The notes under the pieces were generated by a model that saw only the letters and a list, made by a program, of their open reading frames with translations, did no database searches and had not been told where the DNA came from. 64,000 nucleotides of DNA. Source: an uncultured Lachnospiraceae bacterium (GTDB taxonomy: Bacteria; Bacillota; Clostridia; Lachnospirales; Lachnospiraceae). Positions 63,800 through 64,000 of the stretch are shown in pieces (the stretch's first letter is position 1; each line of letters opens with the position of its first letter). A program made the position numbers and the translations under genes. Location of the stretch: contig CAJUFU010000001.1 of NCBI GenBank assembly GCA_910585555.1, positions 5,895-69,894 of the forward strand, written 5' to 3'.

Positions 63800-64000
63800 T
63801 TACTGGTTATGATAAGCATCCAGTCCTTCGGCCACTGCGTCTGCGGCGTCTACTCTGCCGGTTACGATCTCAGGCATACCGTCGAAGGTAGATACGCGGC
63901 AGTCGCCCTGGAATAAATCCTGTACTGCGCCTGTGAGAGATGTTGCGCCGGCCATCATTTCAATTGCCTTGCGCTGCAGCTCGTTGAACTCTGCGGGGTC
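63800..64000 (-). CDS. probable sugar ABC substrate-binding protein, C-terminal fragment
   Basis: Open minus frame DPAEFNELQRKAIEMM...IVTGRVDAADAVAEGLDAYHNQ* upstream of the permeases. Confidence 0.7.
   Translation of the reverse strand, partial: DPAEFNELQRKAIEMMAGATSLTGAVQDLFQGDCRVSTFDGMPEIVTGRVDAADAVAEGLDAYHNQ

Overview
A 64 kb mostly core-genome window from a spore-forming, flagellated Clostridia-class Firmicute, probably Lachnospiraceae-like (inferred from gene content and protein style). It holds leuA (partial), cobB, rpsF-ssb-rpsR, gdpP-rplI-dnaB, a pyruvate formate-lyase locus, mecA, cell-wall and spore hydrolases, sua5, rpiB, a complete atp operon with a Na+-type c subunit, queT with a preQ1 riboswitch, dnaD-dnaC-prs, murC, glgCD, spoVG, an ECF sigma/anti-sigma pair, pth-mfd, an Rpn-like nuclease, a cysteine desulfurase, a hydrolase-murF-ddl trio, a metalloprotease-containing flagellin and part of a sugar ABC locus. 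No rRNA, tRNA, CRISPR array or prophage was seen. The most striking feature is a modular PFL. PflB stops before its glycyl-radical domain, which is a separate 79-aa gene. Between the two lies a 67-aa gene resembling the first half of that domain but with a CxxC..C motif in place of the radical glycine loop, a possible alternative or decoy subunit. Other highlights: a poly-C tract inside a promoter upstream of the proteolytic flagellin, an unannotated 33-aa ORF behind a LexA box, a family of REP-like hairpins after highly expressed genes, a DnaA-box cluster and two candidate sRNAs. All calls come from reading the sequence; no database searches were run.
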